From: Octopus bimaculoides
Taxonomy: Eukaryota
Assembly: GCF_001194135.2 (NCBI RefSeq)
Contig: NC_068983.1
Span: forward strand, 3,015,133-3,051,319
DNA: 36,187 nucleotides
Direction of reading: 5' to 3'
Shown in pieces: positions 11,239-23,747 of this stretch; within the stretch, counting starts at the first letter, position 1, and every line of letters starts with the position of its first letter. The notes under the pieces are model-generated. The model worked only from the letters and a program-made list of their open reading frames with translations, ran no database searches and was not told where the DNA came from. Made by a program: the position numbers and the translations under genes.

Positions 11239-11938
11239 ACACCTATCAATAATGTTGATGATGATGATGATGATGATGACATTATTATTATTATTAATAT
11301 CATCATCATCATCATCATCATTATTGTTTGCACATTTCTTTTATTGTTATTTAGAATGAACAGTCAGCAATGCACCAGTAACCTTGGTAATGGACTCTTC
11401 ACGGCTAAACGAAACCAGAACGGATTTGGTGCAGGTTTTCTGAATCGTGAAATTTTGACAAAAGATGTTTTCCGAAAGAACGTTAAGTTATTTCAGCTAA
11501 CAATAATTAACTCTCTGTTAATTATTATAAATAACTTGATTTATAGGGATTGACTCTTTGTAACCATGACGTTGATTATTCAAAGCACGCTTGTCTATCA
11601 GAAAAATAAATCTCTTTGTCACTTTGATCTCTGTACCCGCTGCACGCAACAACCTTGTCAACGTTTAGCGAGGAAAATATCAAAAATGTATTTATTTTTT
11701 AATTACGAATGCTGCTTTTTTAAAAAAAAACTTACATTGTCGGTAAAAGGTAATATGTAATACCTCAGTCTTCCCATAAGGCATTAGTTTCTGTTTTTTT
11801 TTTGCTGTAACCGTTTTACCTTTGTCACGACTCAACGGTATAATTAGGTCGGAGTTTATCCCAGGTGTATGAGGCACGTAAATACGAAGAGTTCCTACTT
11901 TTTGTTACCCTGGATAGGACGAAAGTCCGACGCAATAT

Positions 11939-12157
11939 TGGTTTCAAATGTTGGCACACTGCCAGCAATTTCGGGGAGGGATTAAGTCGATTACCTCGAC
12001 CCCAATGTTATCTAATCGTCACCTCCCCTCCTCCCGGCCCCGAAAGGATGAAAGGCAAAGTCAAGCTTAGTGGAATTTGAACTCTGAGAGTAAAGACGGA
12101 CGAAATGCCGCTCAGCCTTTTGTGCGGCATGCTAACGATTCTATAAGTTCGCTGCCT
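11939..12157 (-). mobile_element. SINE family A
   Basis: gattaagtcgattacctcgacccc...gaaaggatgaaaggcaaagtc...ggaatttgaactc. Confidence 0.8.
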
Positions 12158-12308
12158 TACCATCCATCGTCATATTAACTTCCATCTGTTATTAGTGGTG
12201 CTCATCATCATTTGATAGTATTGCACCAATATGAACTGTTTTGCCTAAGATTCAACGCACGATCGGGTCTGAGAATCGAAAAGAATCCAATGTTCTGTGG
12301 AATGAAAA

Positions 12309-13332
12309 GTGAAAATGTAAGTTGGCGTTTCTGGTTGACATAACTGCGCGTCTCAGTGTTTTAAACATCCAGCTCCAGGGGCGGGATCGCATGATCTGTG
12401 CTATGTATGATGCAGTGAAGGAATTTCAAATGAAGCTGCACTTATGGGAGACACAAATACACCAATTGAAGTTGTCTCACTTTCCCTGTTTCCAAGTAAT
12501 GTTGAACTAAGTCAGTGTCACAGTGTTTCCAAAGCAACACTTTGCTGATAAACTGAGTTCGCTCCGCACTGACTTCGCATGGTGCTTTAGTGACTTTGAA
12601 GCACAGAAAAATAATTTCAAGCTGCTTTGCAACCCATTTGCCGTCAATGTGGAAACTGCACCTGTACAGATTCAAAATGGATCTGCTAGAACTGCAGTCT
12701 AATGGGACATTAAAAGCAAAGTACAACTCTGTGGGTCCCGCACAGTTCACTCGCTTCATACCTGAAGCAATGCCCCAGCTCCGTTTACATGCAGCACGAA
12801 CGCTGTCTTTGTTTGGAAGCACATGTCTGTGCGAGCAGTTGTTCTCTGTGATAAAGATGAATAAAACGTCACATAGGAGTTGTCTCACAGATGAACACCT
12901 GCAATCCATCCTGAGAGATTCAACAACTCAGAACCTTTCTCCAAACATCAATGAATTCGTTGCCAAGAAAAGACGCCAAGCATGCAGCTCGGACAAAATT
13001 TCATGAAAGAAATTGAAAGTTTTGATTTATTATTTTAATTTTCACTAAAAAACACATTTTTTATTCATATATACATATATTTTTTTTTTCGCAACATGAT
13101 CTTATTTTTTTAATTTTTATAATTTTGACATGAGATAGTTTTATGCAGTGCAAAATATTTTAAGTAATTTAAGTTAATTTATTTATGGAATAAAATTATA
13201 TACCATCTGTTTTAATACATGTTCATATTCAAAAAATTTTAGTCTGTTCAATAAATGTTTATCCTGTTCAGCCCGCGACCTAAAGGGCCCTTTGAGTTTT
13301 GGGCCCCTGTGCGATTGAGTTTGACACCTCTT
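12309..13332 (+). mobile_element. 3' portion of a Buster/Charlie-family hAT transposon (SPIN/OC1/GTF2IRD2-like transposase)
   Basis: Transposase remnant followed by an AT-rich tail and terminus gagtttgacacctctt (Charlie-type TIR, normally gagtttgacacccctg), then the 8-mer ctatagac (NNNTANNN). Confidence 0.85.
12322..13006 (+). pseudogene. hAT transposase C-terminal third, disrupted
   Basis: LAFLVDITARLSVLNIQLQGRD...SHFPC, in-frame TAA at 12508, ...NPFAVNVETAPVQIQ, a +1 A at about 12676, then MDLLELQSN...LFGSTCLCEQLFSVIKMNKTSHRSCLTDEHLQSILR (hAT dimerisation motif). Confidence 0.9.
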
Positions 13333-13935
13333 CTATAGACACGTTCCATGAGGAACATAAATTCCACATCATATTTTTATGGATATATAAAAATATATTG
13401 GAAGATTTTACGTTTCAAAAAATTCTTTGATCATCAATCGGACTGATTTTTCTAGATTTATTTTCTAGAATTCGGACAGAAGGAATATTGCAGAAGGAAA
13501 ATTAAACGAAGAGATCTGATCTCAGAGAACTGGATATACAGAGTTGGACAGAAGGATTTGTTGAGGCTGGAGAACAAAGCGAGTGGTGATGGGAAAGAAG
13601 GAACCTGTGCTTAGATCTAAACCAGAGTGGACCAAACGTGCCAGGTGGCCAGATGTTGGTTTTAAACCAGCCGACGGGTTATGTCCACCATTTGAGAATG
13701 GAAAGGTCCTCTTTGAAGGGATTCTGTATAGTCTCCATTTATCGAACTTCACTCACAGTGTTTGTATTAGTTTGAGCTTATAGGTGGAGACACTTACTAG
13801 ACAAACTATGGAACACCATTGCTATACTTGTGGCCTCATATATGTATGCACATACGTTCATTGGCATGCACCACAGATACACACAGGTAGAGATACGAAC
13901 ACAAGCATGCATACATGAATACATATATACATATG

Positions 13936-14230
13936 AGAAGGTTAGTGGCCTAATGGTTAAGACATTGCACTCATGATCGCTAGATCACGAATTCGATTCC
14001 TGGATCGGGCAGCGCATTGTGTTCTTGAGCAAAATACTTCATATCACGCCGCACCTGTTCACTCACATATGAATAGGTAAACCTGTGGCGTAATAATATC
14101 CTTCTGATCAGGGACAATGTTGGCCTGCTTGCCTAGCCAGCGGGGTGGTGCTATTCAAAAGCTCATAGAAGGTGAAGCGCATTGTGACCAGCGATGTTTA
14201 ACAACATCTGATTGTCTGGTCGATACTCTG
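13936..14230 (+). mobile_element. Older tRNA/CORE-like SINE with a family B-like head and a different tail
   Basis: gtggcctaatggttaag (A-box-like), gaattcgattcctgg (B-box-like), tgtgttcttgagcaaaatactt (CORE-like). The 3' boundary is approximate. Confidence 0.65.
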
Positions 14231-15056
14231 TTACCTAGATATACATATGTGCGTCCAGACTCTCAAACAAGCCTACGGGCTATATTCATGTGGACCTTCA
14301 GAATATACATACACACCTATATGAGTGTGTTCAGGACTCTGTGTGTGTGTGTGTGTGTGTGCGCGCGGATGAGATTCCATGAAAGACAAGGGTTAATTTA
14401 TGAGTAAGACAAGTAAGACGAAACGGTGATTACCACGTTTAAAGATGAAACTTGAAACGGTGAATACGCATGATGATTCACTTAAATAAAGACGGCGGAA
14501 GATTTCTTTCTTCATAAACTTTCGCCTCCAAATTATTTGTCCTTTTTTAAGGATACAATATTCGATTTCTCTACAATTATCTTCTTTTATATTTCACTTT
14601 CTCTGAGTTTTTTTTATATCATTGTGTGTGTTATTCCTATGTTTTCCCTTAAAATTTTTATCACTCTCCCTTTTTTTTATGAATGTTGCCCCTCTTTTTT
14701 CTCCCTTACGACTGCTATCTTTTGCTGGTGGTCCAATCAGAAGACGAAGAAAGAGCAGTACTCATAAACCATTTCAAAAAGAGCCGGTAATCTGGTAATA
14801 TCGGTGATTCAAAGAATTTGTTAATCTTTTTTTTCTCTCTTTCTTCGTACCGAACTCAGTGTGTTTCTATTTTGGGGTATTACAACTGTTTATGAACATC
14901 TCAAGTTCTTTCCGTATATCACCGGTTGTTTCCGTACGTCAGCTTCTGTTTCCGTTTATCACCGGTTTCTGTGCAATGGCGTTTATAAACAGCAATGATA
15001 TTAGTAATATCGACAATCAGCGCTACTTCATCCCTCTCTCTCTCTTTATCACTCTC

Positions 15057-15137
<81 letters not shown>

Positions 15138-15264
15138 AAAAATTAAGGTACTCAGAAATCTGGATGTTTGCACATTTTTCTATATAATTTCCGTACATCA
15201 CCTCCAAACTTTCAAATATATATATGTATATATATATTTCAAAATGTAAGCACATGTGAATCGC

Positions 15265-15430
15265 TGGTGATTTTCTTCCTCCGTCTTCCTTTCCTATTGA
15301 ACTTTCCTCTGTTTCCGAAGAAGAGCGTCTGCTCGAAACGTTAAACCATCTTTCTTTCCTTTCCTGAGCATCTGCTAATACTTTACATGTACCACGCCCT
15401 CACGTGTTGTTGTTTTTCTGTTTGTTCTTT
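15265..15430 (+). mobile_element. Penelope-like terminal repeat fragment
   Basis: Pyrimidine-rich segment carrying the ccgaagaagagc...gctcgaaacgtt hammerhead-type signature. Confidence 0.55.
15311..15346 (+). ncRNA. Minimal hammerhead ribozyme variant (U4C core)
   Basis: Stem I GUUU/AAAC; core CCGAAGA; extra A; stem II GAGC-GUCU-GCUC; GAAA; palindromic ACGU stem III; H17=U. Confidence 0.5.
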
Positions 15431-15486
15431 CTTGGATTTACATATATATATATGTACACACACACATCCATACACACACGCATACA

Positions 15487-15528
<42 letters not shown>

Positions 15529-16224
15529 TATGTTGAGAGAGAAATAGTGATGCAGATAGACACTCTTGAATATGATATACGAAATATAGATTCATGCATA
15601 TCCACAGACCGGATGGTTCGTTGATTTTTGATCAAAACAGCTCATTTCACGTTACTCTGCAACCACTTCGACATGTGACGCGTGGGACATCATGCATCTG
15701 TTCAAGCAATGTCAGTTTGATGGGGAGAGTGAGCTAATGTGCGGCCAATACATTTGATCAAAATAAACGAATCATCCGTGCAGGTCTTTTGCAAGAAGCT
15801 GCGGAGCCTTCATCTGCTGTTTATTACAAGAGAGTCCACAAAAAAGGAAGTGATTCAAGAGGGATTTTGCTGTTATTTCTAGCGTCTCAAATGCGTAATG
15901 CCTATAGTCTTTGGAATGGCCGTGAAAAGGGTATATCATGATACATGTGTGGAATATTGTTCGCTCTAGAAACCAAAAACAGCAATTAGAAGGATCAACT
16001 CACCACAAACTGTAGATAACTGGATAGAAGCAGAGACGATAGGAAAACAAAAACATAGAGCATTCAACTGTGTTCGCGGCGCTCCAGCTTGGTCGTGATT
16101 TTATTGGCTAAAACGGACTAAAACAAGAAACGTGATTATAATTCCAACATGTACTCTTAAATAAAGACATGATTTATCTTAGGAGGGGATGGCGTGATGG
16201 AGGTTAACGGGTGGGGGATGATGG

Positions 16225-16369
16225 NNNNNNNNNNNNNNNNNNNNNNNNNNNNNNNNNNNNNNNNNNNNNNNNNNNNNNNNNNNNNNNNNNNNNNNNNNNN
16301 NNNNNNNNNNNNNNNNNNNNNNNNNNNNNNNNNNNNNNNNNNNNNNNNNNNNNNNNNNNNNNNNNNNNN
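16225..16369. other. Assembly gap (others: 3308-3317, 20589-20598, 20867-20876, 22695-22788, 30009-30018, 34092-34182)
   Basis: Runs of N, nearly all adjacent to simple repeats. Confidence 1.
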
Positions 16370-16894
16370 GTCGTGGTAGTGTTGGTGTTGTTGATGTTAG
16401 TGAAAGTGGGAGCGAGAGGTGGGGTAGAGGTGATAGTGACTTTGGTGCTGAGTTAGTTCTGTTAGATTTCTTCGCATTGTTGACTTAAGGGAATCTTGGA
16501 GGAGAAGAAGAAGAAGAAGAAGAAGAAGAAGAAGAAGAAGAAGAAGAAGAAGAAGAAGAAGAAGAAGAAGAAGAAGAAGAAAATAGGTAAAAACATATAA
16601 TTAAAAGTGAAAATGTAAACAAACAAATGAAAAAGAGAGAAGAAATCACAAAACTAAGAACAAATAAATAAATAAATTCATAAAACTGCAACATCTTCCG
16701 CATCAAGAATTTTTCGAGAGATGTTGTCGGGTTTAGATAAACTGCCAACAAAAGATAGGTTTACCTGATACAGGACCAGCAGCTATGTTTGTTGTGTGTT
16801 GTTGTTGTAGCTGTTGTCGTCGTTGTTTTTTAACGCAAAAATATCTACAATTTGAGGAAAGTATATTTTGTCGAAAGGAAATAAACGAAGGGCA

Positions 16895-17063
16895 GAGACG
16901 TGGCTGCGTGGTAAGAAGTTTGCTCCCCAATAACAAGGTTCCGAGTTCAATGCCACTGCGGGGCACCTTGGGCAAGTGCCTCCTACTATAACCTCGGGTC
17001 GACTAAAGCCTTGTCAGTGGATTTGGTAGATTGAAACTGAAAGAAGCCCGTCGTATATATAAA

Positions 17064-17096
<33 letters not shown>

Positions 17097-17110
17097 GTGT
17101 GTGTGTTTAG
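16895..17110 (+). mobile_element. SINE family C 5' half
   Basis: gacgtggctgcgtggtaag...gagttcaatgccactgcggggcaccttgggcaagtg...gaaactgaaagaagcccgtcg, followed by (TG)n. Confidence 0.85.
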
Positions 17111-17530
17111 ACAGACAGACAGACAGATATTGAACTCTATGTTTCCACGTTCACATACCAAGCCCCACTGCCCACCTCTTGTGGTTAGGATCATTTTAAA
17201 AAGACGTCGAGTCAGGGTCAGGTAAAATCACTTCAGCTGGTTTTATTACTTTGTGTTGTCAATTCAGGTATTTTGTTACGGAAAGTATGTAAACGTCGAT
17301 AAGCCCGCTTGATAAATTATCAGATAACACAACAAAAGACTTGTATAAATGCGTCATTGTCGTTGATTACAACCCGGGCTTAGTATGAAGGTAGTTTTAT
17401 AGCTCGGGGTGTGGTGGATTTCAGCGAATTTCAAGAAGCCGTACCAGCGTACACACACTGCTTCCTGGCGATTTTTGTCACATATATTCACTTCTGGGTT
17501 CCATAATTTTTCACTTTTGTTATTTCATTT

Positions 17531-17700
17531 TTGTTTCACTCATTAGACTGTGGCCATGCTGGGGCACCCCCTTGAATAATTTTTGTCGAACGAATCGACC
17601 CAGTACTGTTTGTAAACCTGGTACTTATTTACTCGCACGCCAATTACTGAACCAACACCGATTGTCAAGTGGTGGCGGCGAATACAGACACAAACACACA
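17531..17700 (-). mobile_element. SINE family C 3' half
   Basis: ttgtttcactcattagactgtggccatgctggggcacc...gtcgaacgaatcgacccagtac...accgattgtcaag. Confidence 0.75.
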
Positions 17701-18928
17701 CGTTTGTCTGCTCATGATGAGGAAGTGAAGCTTGCACACGCTGAAAGGATTACAATCTAAAAGATCAGATAATGTGATGATGGGAAAATGTCATAAAATA
17801 TATCAGGAGAAGAAGAACGTGTTTGATTGAAAGATGTATAGTGGTAGGGATGATTAAAAACAGAATGAAAACCCTTCGTAGATATTGCCCAAGTTGTCAG
17901 CCCAGGCCAAACGGCTGTATTAGAGGCTACATCACTCTCTCGTCTAAAATATCTTTATCAAAGAGATCACAATCAGTCACTATGGAGAGAGACCCAACAC
18001 AGTATTGAATTACGGAGTTACAAATATTTAACACATTATATCCAATATGGCTGAGTAAAGTTCTATTTAAGCAAATGAACTCTAAAGTTGACCTGATGAC
18101 CATAGTGATTGCCGTCTCTATCACAAGGCGGGCGGCCTTGTCTGTGATGGGCGGAGTTCTCTAGAAATTTGAAACTTTTACATACGATATGGCACATTTT
18201 GTTGATTTCAATGGAATTATTTCTACAAATAGCTGTGTAATGCTTGCTTGTGTGCTTGTGCATAGTGAGAGAATCGATATTAAATATACTTTCTCCTCAT
18301 CTGCTCCTTTTTCTTGCTCTCCCTTCTTGTCTCTGTCTTCGTACATTTGTGCATGTGCATGAGTGTGTGTGTGTGTGGATATATGTGTTGGTGTTTTTAT
18401 ATTTACATAATGCATATATATATATATATATATAAACACATAAATACACGTTTATTATGAACATTCACACAAACAAGCATTACACAGCTATTTGTACAAA
18501 TATTTCCATTGAAGTCGAATAAGAGTCCCATATCTTGTTCAAAAGTTTCGAATATCAAATGAGATACGCCTTAGTATGCAACTCCATCTTATGGTAGAGA
18601 CAGCAGTCATTGTAGTCATCGGATCAACTTTCAATATAGACCGATAGAACGATGTTGGCGACACAAGAACTGGCCCAAAGGGTAAATTGATTCAAGCGGA
18701 TAATAGAGAAGTAAAGCTTCTCACCCAAATACAGTGATCGATGATTCAAAGGAAATCGAAGACTCACTCTCTGTTGGAATGCATCAATTTAGCTGAGAAT
18801 GAATAACAAATGTTTTGGCAGGATAAAATTTGCGGCAATAAATAATATACAGAAATTCTTGCAAGAAATTTGACCGTGTCTGCACTGAAAATAAAAACAA
18901 CCTATATATCTATTTTGTGTGAATAGTA

Positions 18929-19080
18929 ATGGAAGCCCGCGGAAACGATGAAGAGAGGCTGTTGTGGGACCTTGTAATACAAACTGAGAGAAGAATAGAA
19001 CACAACAGCCCTGATGTGGTAGTCTTTGGCAACGAAAAGAGACTATGTATAGTAATGTTTGTAGCAGGGCCATTTGATCG
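18929..19080 (+). pseudogene. Second, older R4/Dong-like RLE fragment
   Basis: NDEERLLWDLVIQTERRIEHNSPDVVVFGNEKRLCIVMFVAGPFD resembles the R4-clade pattern LWD..IQTDR.IEHN.PD.VV...I.DVA.P.D. Confidence 0.7.
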
Positions 19081-19235
19081 TTGCTCCGTATTAGACGCCT
19101 GCAATGCATTGATGATCATGACAACGAAAGTCCTTCCGCTGAAGTTCTCTAACTGCTTTGCCACTTTTGTCCGACCAGTTCTTGATACTGTCCATCTATT
19201 CCGTCAGTTGCTTGCCTCCTGGTATAGGTGCCTCA

Positions 19236-19546
19236 ACAGGTACTTTATCTTATCGACCCCGAAAGGATAGAAGTCGACCTCGGCGAAATTTGATCTCAGA
19301 ACGTAAAGAGCCGGAAAAAAATACCTGTATGCAGTTTGAGGGGCCGCTATCAACGGAATCGAAATCCACTAAAGGCACAATGCCTGAAATTTGGGGGAGG
19401 GAGTAAGTCTATGATATCGACCTCACTGGTACTTAATTTATCAACCCCGAAAGGATGAAAGGCAAAGTCGACCCCGGCGGAATTTGAACTCAGAACGTAG
19501 CTAAGCATTTCGTCCAGCGCGCTAACGATTCTACCAGCTTGCCGCT
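19236..19546 (-). mobile_element. Two adjacent SINE family A pieces (19236-19315 partial; 19371-19546)
   Basis: Both carry tatc(g/a)accccgaaaggat...gtcgacc(t/c)cggcg(a/g)aatttga. Confidence 0.8.
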
Positions 19547-20354
19547 TTCACAGACCCATAATAATGCTAAACATAAATAAAACGACGAAAAATAAAATAG
19601 AAGCAAGCGAACAATTGAATATTATTATTATTATTGTGAATATCAAATATCACACATATATGAAAAAGAGATCGTTTTGCTGCACCACTCCTTTATTCAA
19701 GCCACGATCTTATATCTTCCAGCTAACGTTCCACCTTGTTTATCATTGTTTGTTTTAACAACGATTATTTGATATAACAGTGACAGGGCCCTATCACAGC
19801 TTCCTGTCACCTTTCTAGATACACTCGTTGTCCTTAAAAACGACAAATATCCTTTTCCTTTTCTTTTCATTACATTTCTAGTTCTTTTTTGTCGTTTTTC
19901 CTCGCGATTCTCCATTATGCCTTTTGTTAAATAGCTTATTTTTAATAGAAAAATCCATGTAATTACATTTATTCAATGAACTTATTGAAACGAGAGAGTT
20001 AGGGAAGTTAAACAAATAAACAGTGAGAAAGAAGGCTTATAAGAAAGGGCTAATATAATCGTAGGGAAAAAGGAAGACAAGTATCCTATTATTCTGTTAT
20101 TGTTGTCTAAGGTTAATTCAACCCTCATTGAACCAGATCTAGGATAAAAAGTGCTCCAGCTATGACTATTCTATATTTTGTTTAGAGACAGCCTCTCTGG
20201 TATTATATTATCCAACACATCCTTCATGATTTGAGGTTGGTAGGTGTTTTGTAAGAAAACTGACAGTTTAATACCTTAGAGCGAGACAGCTATACTTTTC
20301 TATCTATCTATCTATCCATCTATCAATCTATACATTTATCCATCTATCTATCTA

Positions 20355-20587
20355 TCTTATTTCTTTATTGCCCACAAGGGGCTAAACATAGAGGGGACAA
20401 ACAAAGACAGACAAAGAGATTAAGTCGATTACATCGACCCCAGTGCATAACTGGTACTTAATTTATCGACATCGAAAGGATGAAAGGCAAAGTCAACCTC
20501 GGCGGAATTTGAACTCAGAACGTAAAGACAGACAAAAAAACTGCTAAGCATTGCGTCCGGTGTGCTAACGTTTCTGCCAGCTCGCCT
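20355..20587 (-). mobile_element. SINE family A with an alternative 3' tail
   Basis: The family A body is preceded on the + strand by tcttatttctttattgcccacaaggggctaaacatagaggggacaaac, unlike the ggcacaaggcc-type tail of other copies. Confidence 0.85.
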
Positions 20588-20598
20588 ANNNNNNNNNN

Positions 20599-20635
<37 letters not shown>

Positions 20636-21262
20636 CCACCTCCTTCCTTACTTTACTACTACTGCTGTTTAGAATAAAACCTATGCAAATATTATGAACG
20701 ATACATTCAAAAGGGTTGTCTCAAGAATTCTATCCTTACTACCATCCACAACGGGTCACTTTCAGGGCACTTGACCATTTAACATCCTACTACTATCATA
20801 GCACTCCCACATTCTTCTTCTTCTTCTTCTTCTTCTTCTTCTTCTTCTTCTTCTTCTTCTTCTTCTNNNNNNNNNNTACTACTATCATAGCACTCCCACA
20901 TTCTTCTTCTTCTTCTTCTTCTTCTTCTTCTTCTTCTTCTTCTTCTTCTTCTTCTCTGCCAAGAATTCACAACAACCTCGAACCCACAAGAGTAAACTAG
21001 AGAGACAGAGACAGGCAGAAACAAGGAACATGCTCCTTGTATTTGAATACTAAGCAAATATTCTTTTAAAAAACTTTTCATTTAATTTTTCCAAAATTTA
21101 ATTGTTTTCCGTACTTACAGTAGAAAAAGTCTCAATGACCGAAACCGGTACCGAAATGTTTTTATAAAAGGAAGAGAGTATGGCTATTTTAGTATAGTCT
21201 TTCTTCCAAAATGCATCAGCTCAAATTTTGCCTCGTTTAAACACACATATATACTTGTGTGT

Positions 21263-21358
<96 letters not shown>

Positions 21359-22079
21359 ATGCCTTCATATTCTAAAACTGACAATGTGTCTAATTCCTAA
21401 TTGTCCCACTAAAAGTGCCAAATCTACCATTTCTTAATATTTCTCGCTTGTGCAAAAGATCACAGTTAATATTTAATTATATTGACTTACAGGAGTTAAT
21501 TAATAAGCAATTAACCAAACCCATAGAGGTGAAATGTCTCTTGGACCAGCGTGCAATTCGAACTCCTAATCTATGGTGATGTATCTAAATTGCCTGCGGT
21601 ATGTTGTTTGTCAGTCAACTGACCCTGCCAGGCCTCCTTACTTCAATAAGGAACTTTTCCAGCACAGGGATCCATATTCTTTCTTGAAAGCACAAAGACA
21701 TACAAATGTCTTTTTTTTTTTCATAATTTAATTATTAATTTTTTTTTTTTTTCAACTTTTCTAAAATTAATTTCTCACTCCTTCATTTTATTCTATTCGG
21801 AATAAAACATCGTCTGTTCATTTCCTGCTTTTTATCAAATATTCCTAAAACAAAAGTATCTATGCGTATATTTATAAATATATACATATGTGCATACACA
21901 CGCACACACACGAGCGCGTGCACATACACACGCATACACACAGACGCACACATGTACGTATGAATTTTTATGAGTATATATATACATTCATGTATGTATA
22001 TATTTGTATATATGCATACACATGTGTATATTTATATAATTACATGTTACATTATGTTATATAACGTATATGCGCATAT

Positions 22080-22119
<40 letters not shown>

Positions 22120-22579
22120 ATATCAGCTTTAGGGCTGAACCGTATAAAAGAGTGAATAAATATATAAGTATGTATGTATACATGTATATAAGTCTGTATG
22201 TATGTATGTATGTATGTATGTATGTATGTTGCTACAACATTTATCAACTGCTGCGTTTCCCCGGCTATTTTAAGGTTTTAATGATAAATACGTTGAAACG
22301 GATGTAAGTTGTCATTTTGTTTCAAATATATTTCGTATAACGTTGTTGACATCATGTCCACCATAATAGAACTGTGTAAGTCTATAACGGACCAAATAAT
22401 GGAGCCTGATTTCACATCCTGTTGGAATCACCACATCTTATTTATTTCTCTGCCGATGATAAAACATCGAGGAACACCAAGACATTCCGTTCTTTTTTTT
22501 TTGTCTTCTTCTTCTTGTAGATGGAATGTTATGTAGTTATGAGTATCTAGCATTGGGAATCAAAATGAAATACAGCAGA

Positions 22580-22788
22580 TTTAATAAGTAGTAGTAGTAA
22601 TAGTAGTAGTGGTGGTGGTGGTGGTGGTGGTAGTAGTAGTAGTGGTGGTGGTGGTGGTGGTGGTAGTAGTAGTAGTGGTGGTGGTGGTGGTGGTNNNNNN
22701 NNNNNNNNNNNNNNNNNNNNNNNNNNNNNNNNNNNNNNNNNNNNNNNNNNNNNNNNNNNNNNNNNNNNNNNNNNNNNNNNNNNNNNNN

Positions 22789-22856
<68 letters not shown>

Positions 22857-22857
22857 T
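22580..22857. repeat. (GTA)n/(GTG)n compound trinucleotide repeat spanning a gap
   Basis: Read directly. N run at 22695-22788. Confidence 0.9.
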
Positions 22858-22870
22858 ATATAATATATAA

Positions 22871-23097
22871 GTCGGTGAGCTGGCAGAATCGTTAGTAAGT
22901 CTGACAGAATGCTTACTGACATTTCTTCTGATTCTTTACGTTTGTTTGTTTTTTGTTTTTTTATTCGGTAGGGAGTTCAAGTCCCGCAGAAGTCAACCTT
23001 GTCTTTCACCCCTTTAAGATCGATAATATAAAGTACGAATCACATACTGGGGTCGACACAATCAACTTGCTCCTTCCTCTCAAAAACGACTGACCTT
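22871..23097 (+). mobile_element. SINE family A, diverged
   Basis: ggtgagctggcagaatcgttag...gagttcaagtcccgcaga...gatcgataatataaagtac...ctggggtcgac. Confidence 0.75.
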
Positions 23098-23283
23098 GAA
23101 CCCTGCAACGGACCGGCGTCCCGTTCAGGAGAACGCTGTGATAGAAACCGGATAGCTGGTTTTATGAGGAAAGACAATGGTTATATGATATGCTGTAGTG
23201 GATATAATGCAAGCCAAGCGGTTGACATCTCGTCTACCATTAACGCCATTGGCTAAAATATGATTTCATTTAACTTTAAAATA

Positions 23284-23501
23284 CAGTAATCCTTCGCCAT
23301 ATCGTGGTTCACCTATCGCAGTTTATTATTTAAGCTTACGTCGATTCTTCCGTGGTGTTGCTTCGCATTTATAATAAAATAAATATATATAAATCATAAA
23401 AAATAATGATAAAAATATACAGTACTGTTTCTACTTCGCGGATTTTCACCAATCGCGGATATCTTTGGAACGTAACACCCGCGATAGTCGAGGGATTACT
23501 G
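23284..23501. mobile_element. Tigger/pogo-like MITE (218 bp)
   Basis: TIRs cagtaatccttcgccatatcg and cgcgatagtcgagggattactg; TA on both sides (23282-83, 23502-03). Confidence 0.85.
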
Positions 23502-23747
23502 TATCACATTACATATAGCTCACTATCCTAGGTAGCGGCCGTATCGTCTAACTATCTAACAAATCTGTAATGACAGGTTCAATCCTTTGTATGGGTTTTT
23601 GATTCTTGGAAACAACATTCTGGAGTGTATTCAACTTTTGATTCCAGAATAAAGCCTATTGTTCAGGGAGATGGGAATATCGACTTTTCTACGATGTTCC
23701 AAAAGATTTAACAGTGTTATCAGACAAACCCTTGTGCTGGCATTAGA

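Noticed and set aside
13469-13790. Purine-rich block after an acceptor-like ttttctag
   Set aside because: All three forward frames stop within 50 codons of the acceptor and I recognise no motif. It may be a decayed TE but is unsupported.
14735-14770. gacgaagaaagagcagtactcataaacc, faintly like the 15311 motif
   Set aside because: Both the core and the GAAA are broken; too degenerate to call.
21111-21156. Third PLE-type minimal hammerhead (gtc-tcaat-gac-c-GAAA-CCGG-U-A, palindrome ACCGGT)
   Set aside because: No CUGANGA core is recognisable upstream and stem I does not pair. At most a dead relic.
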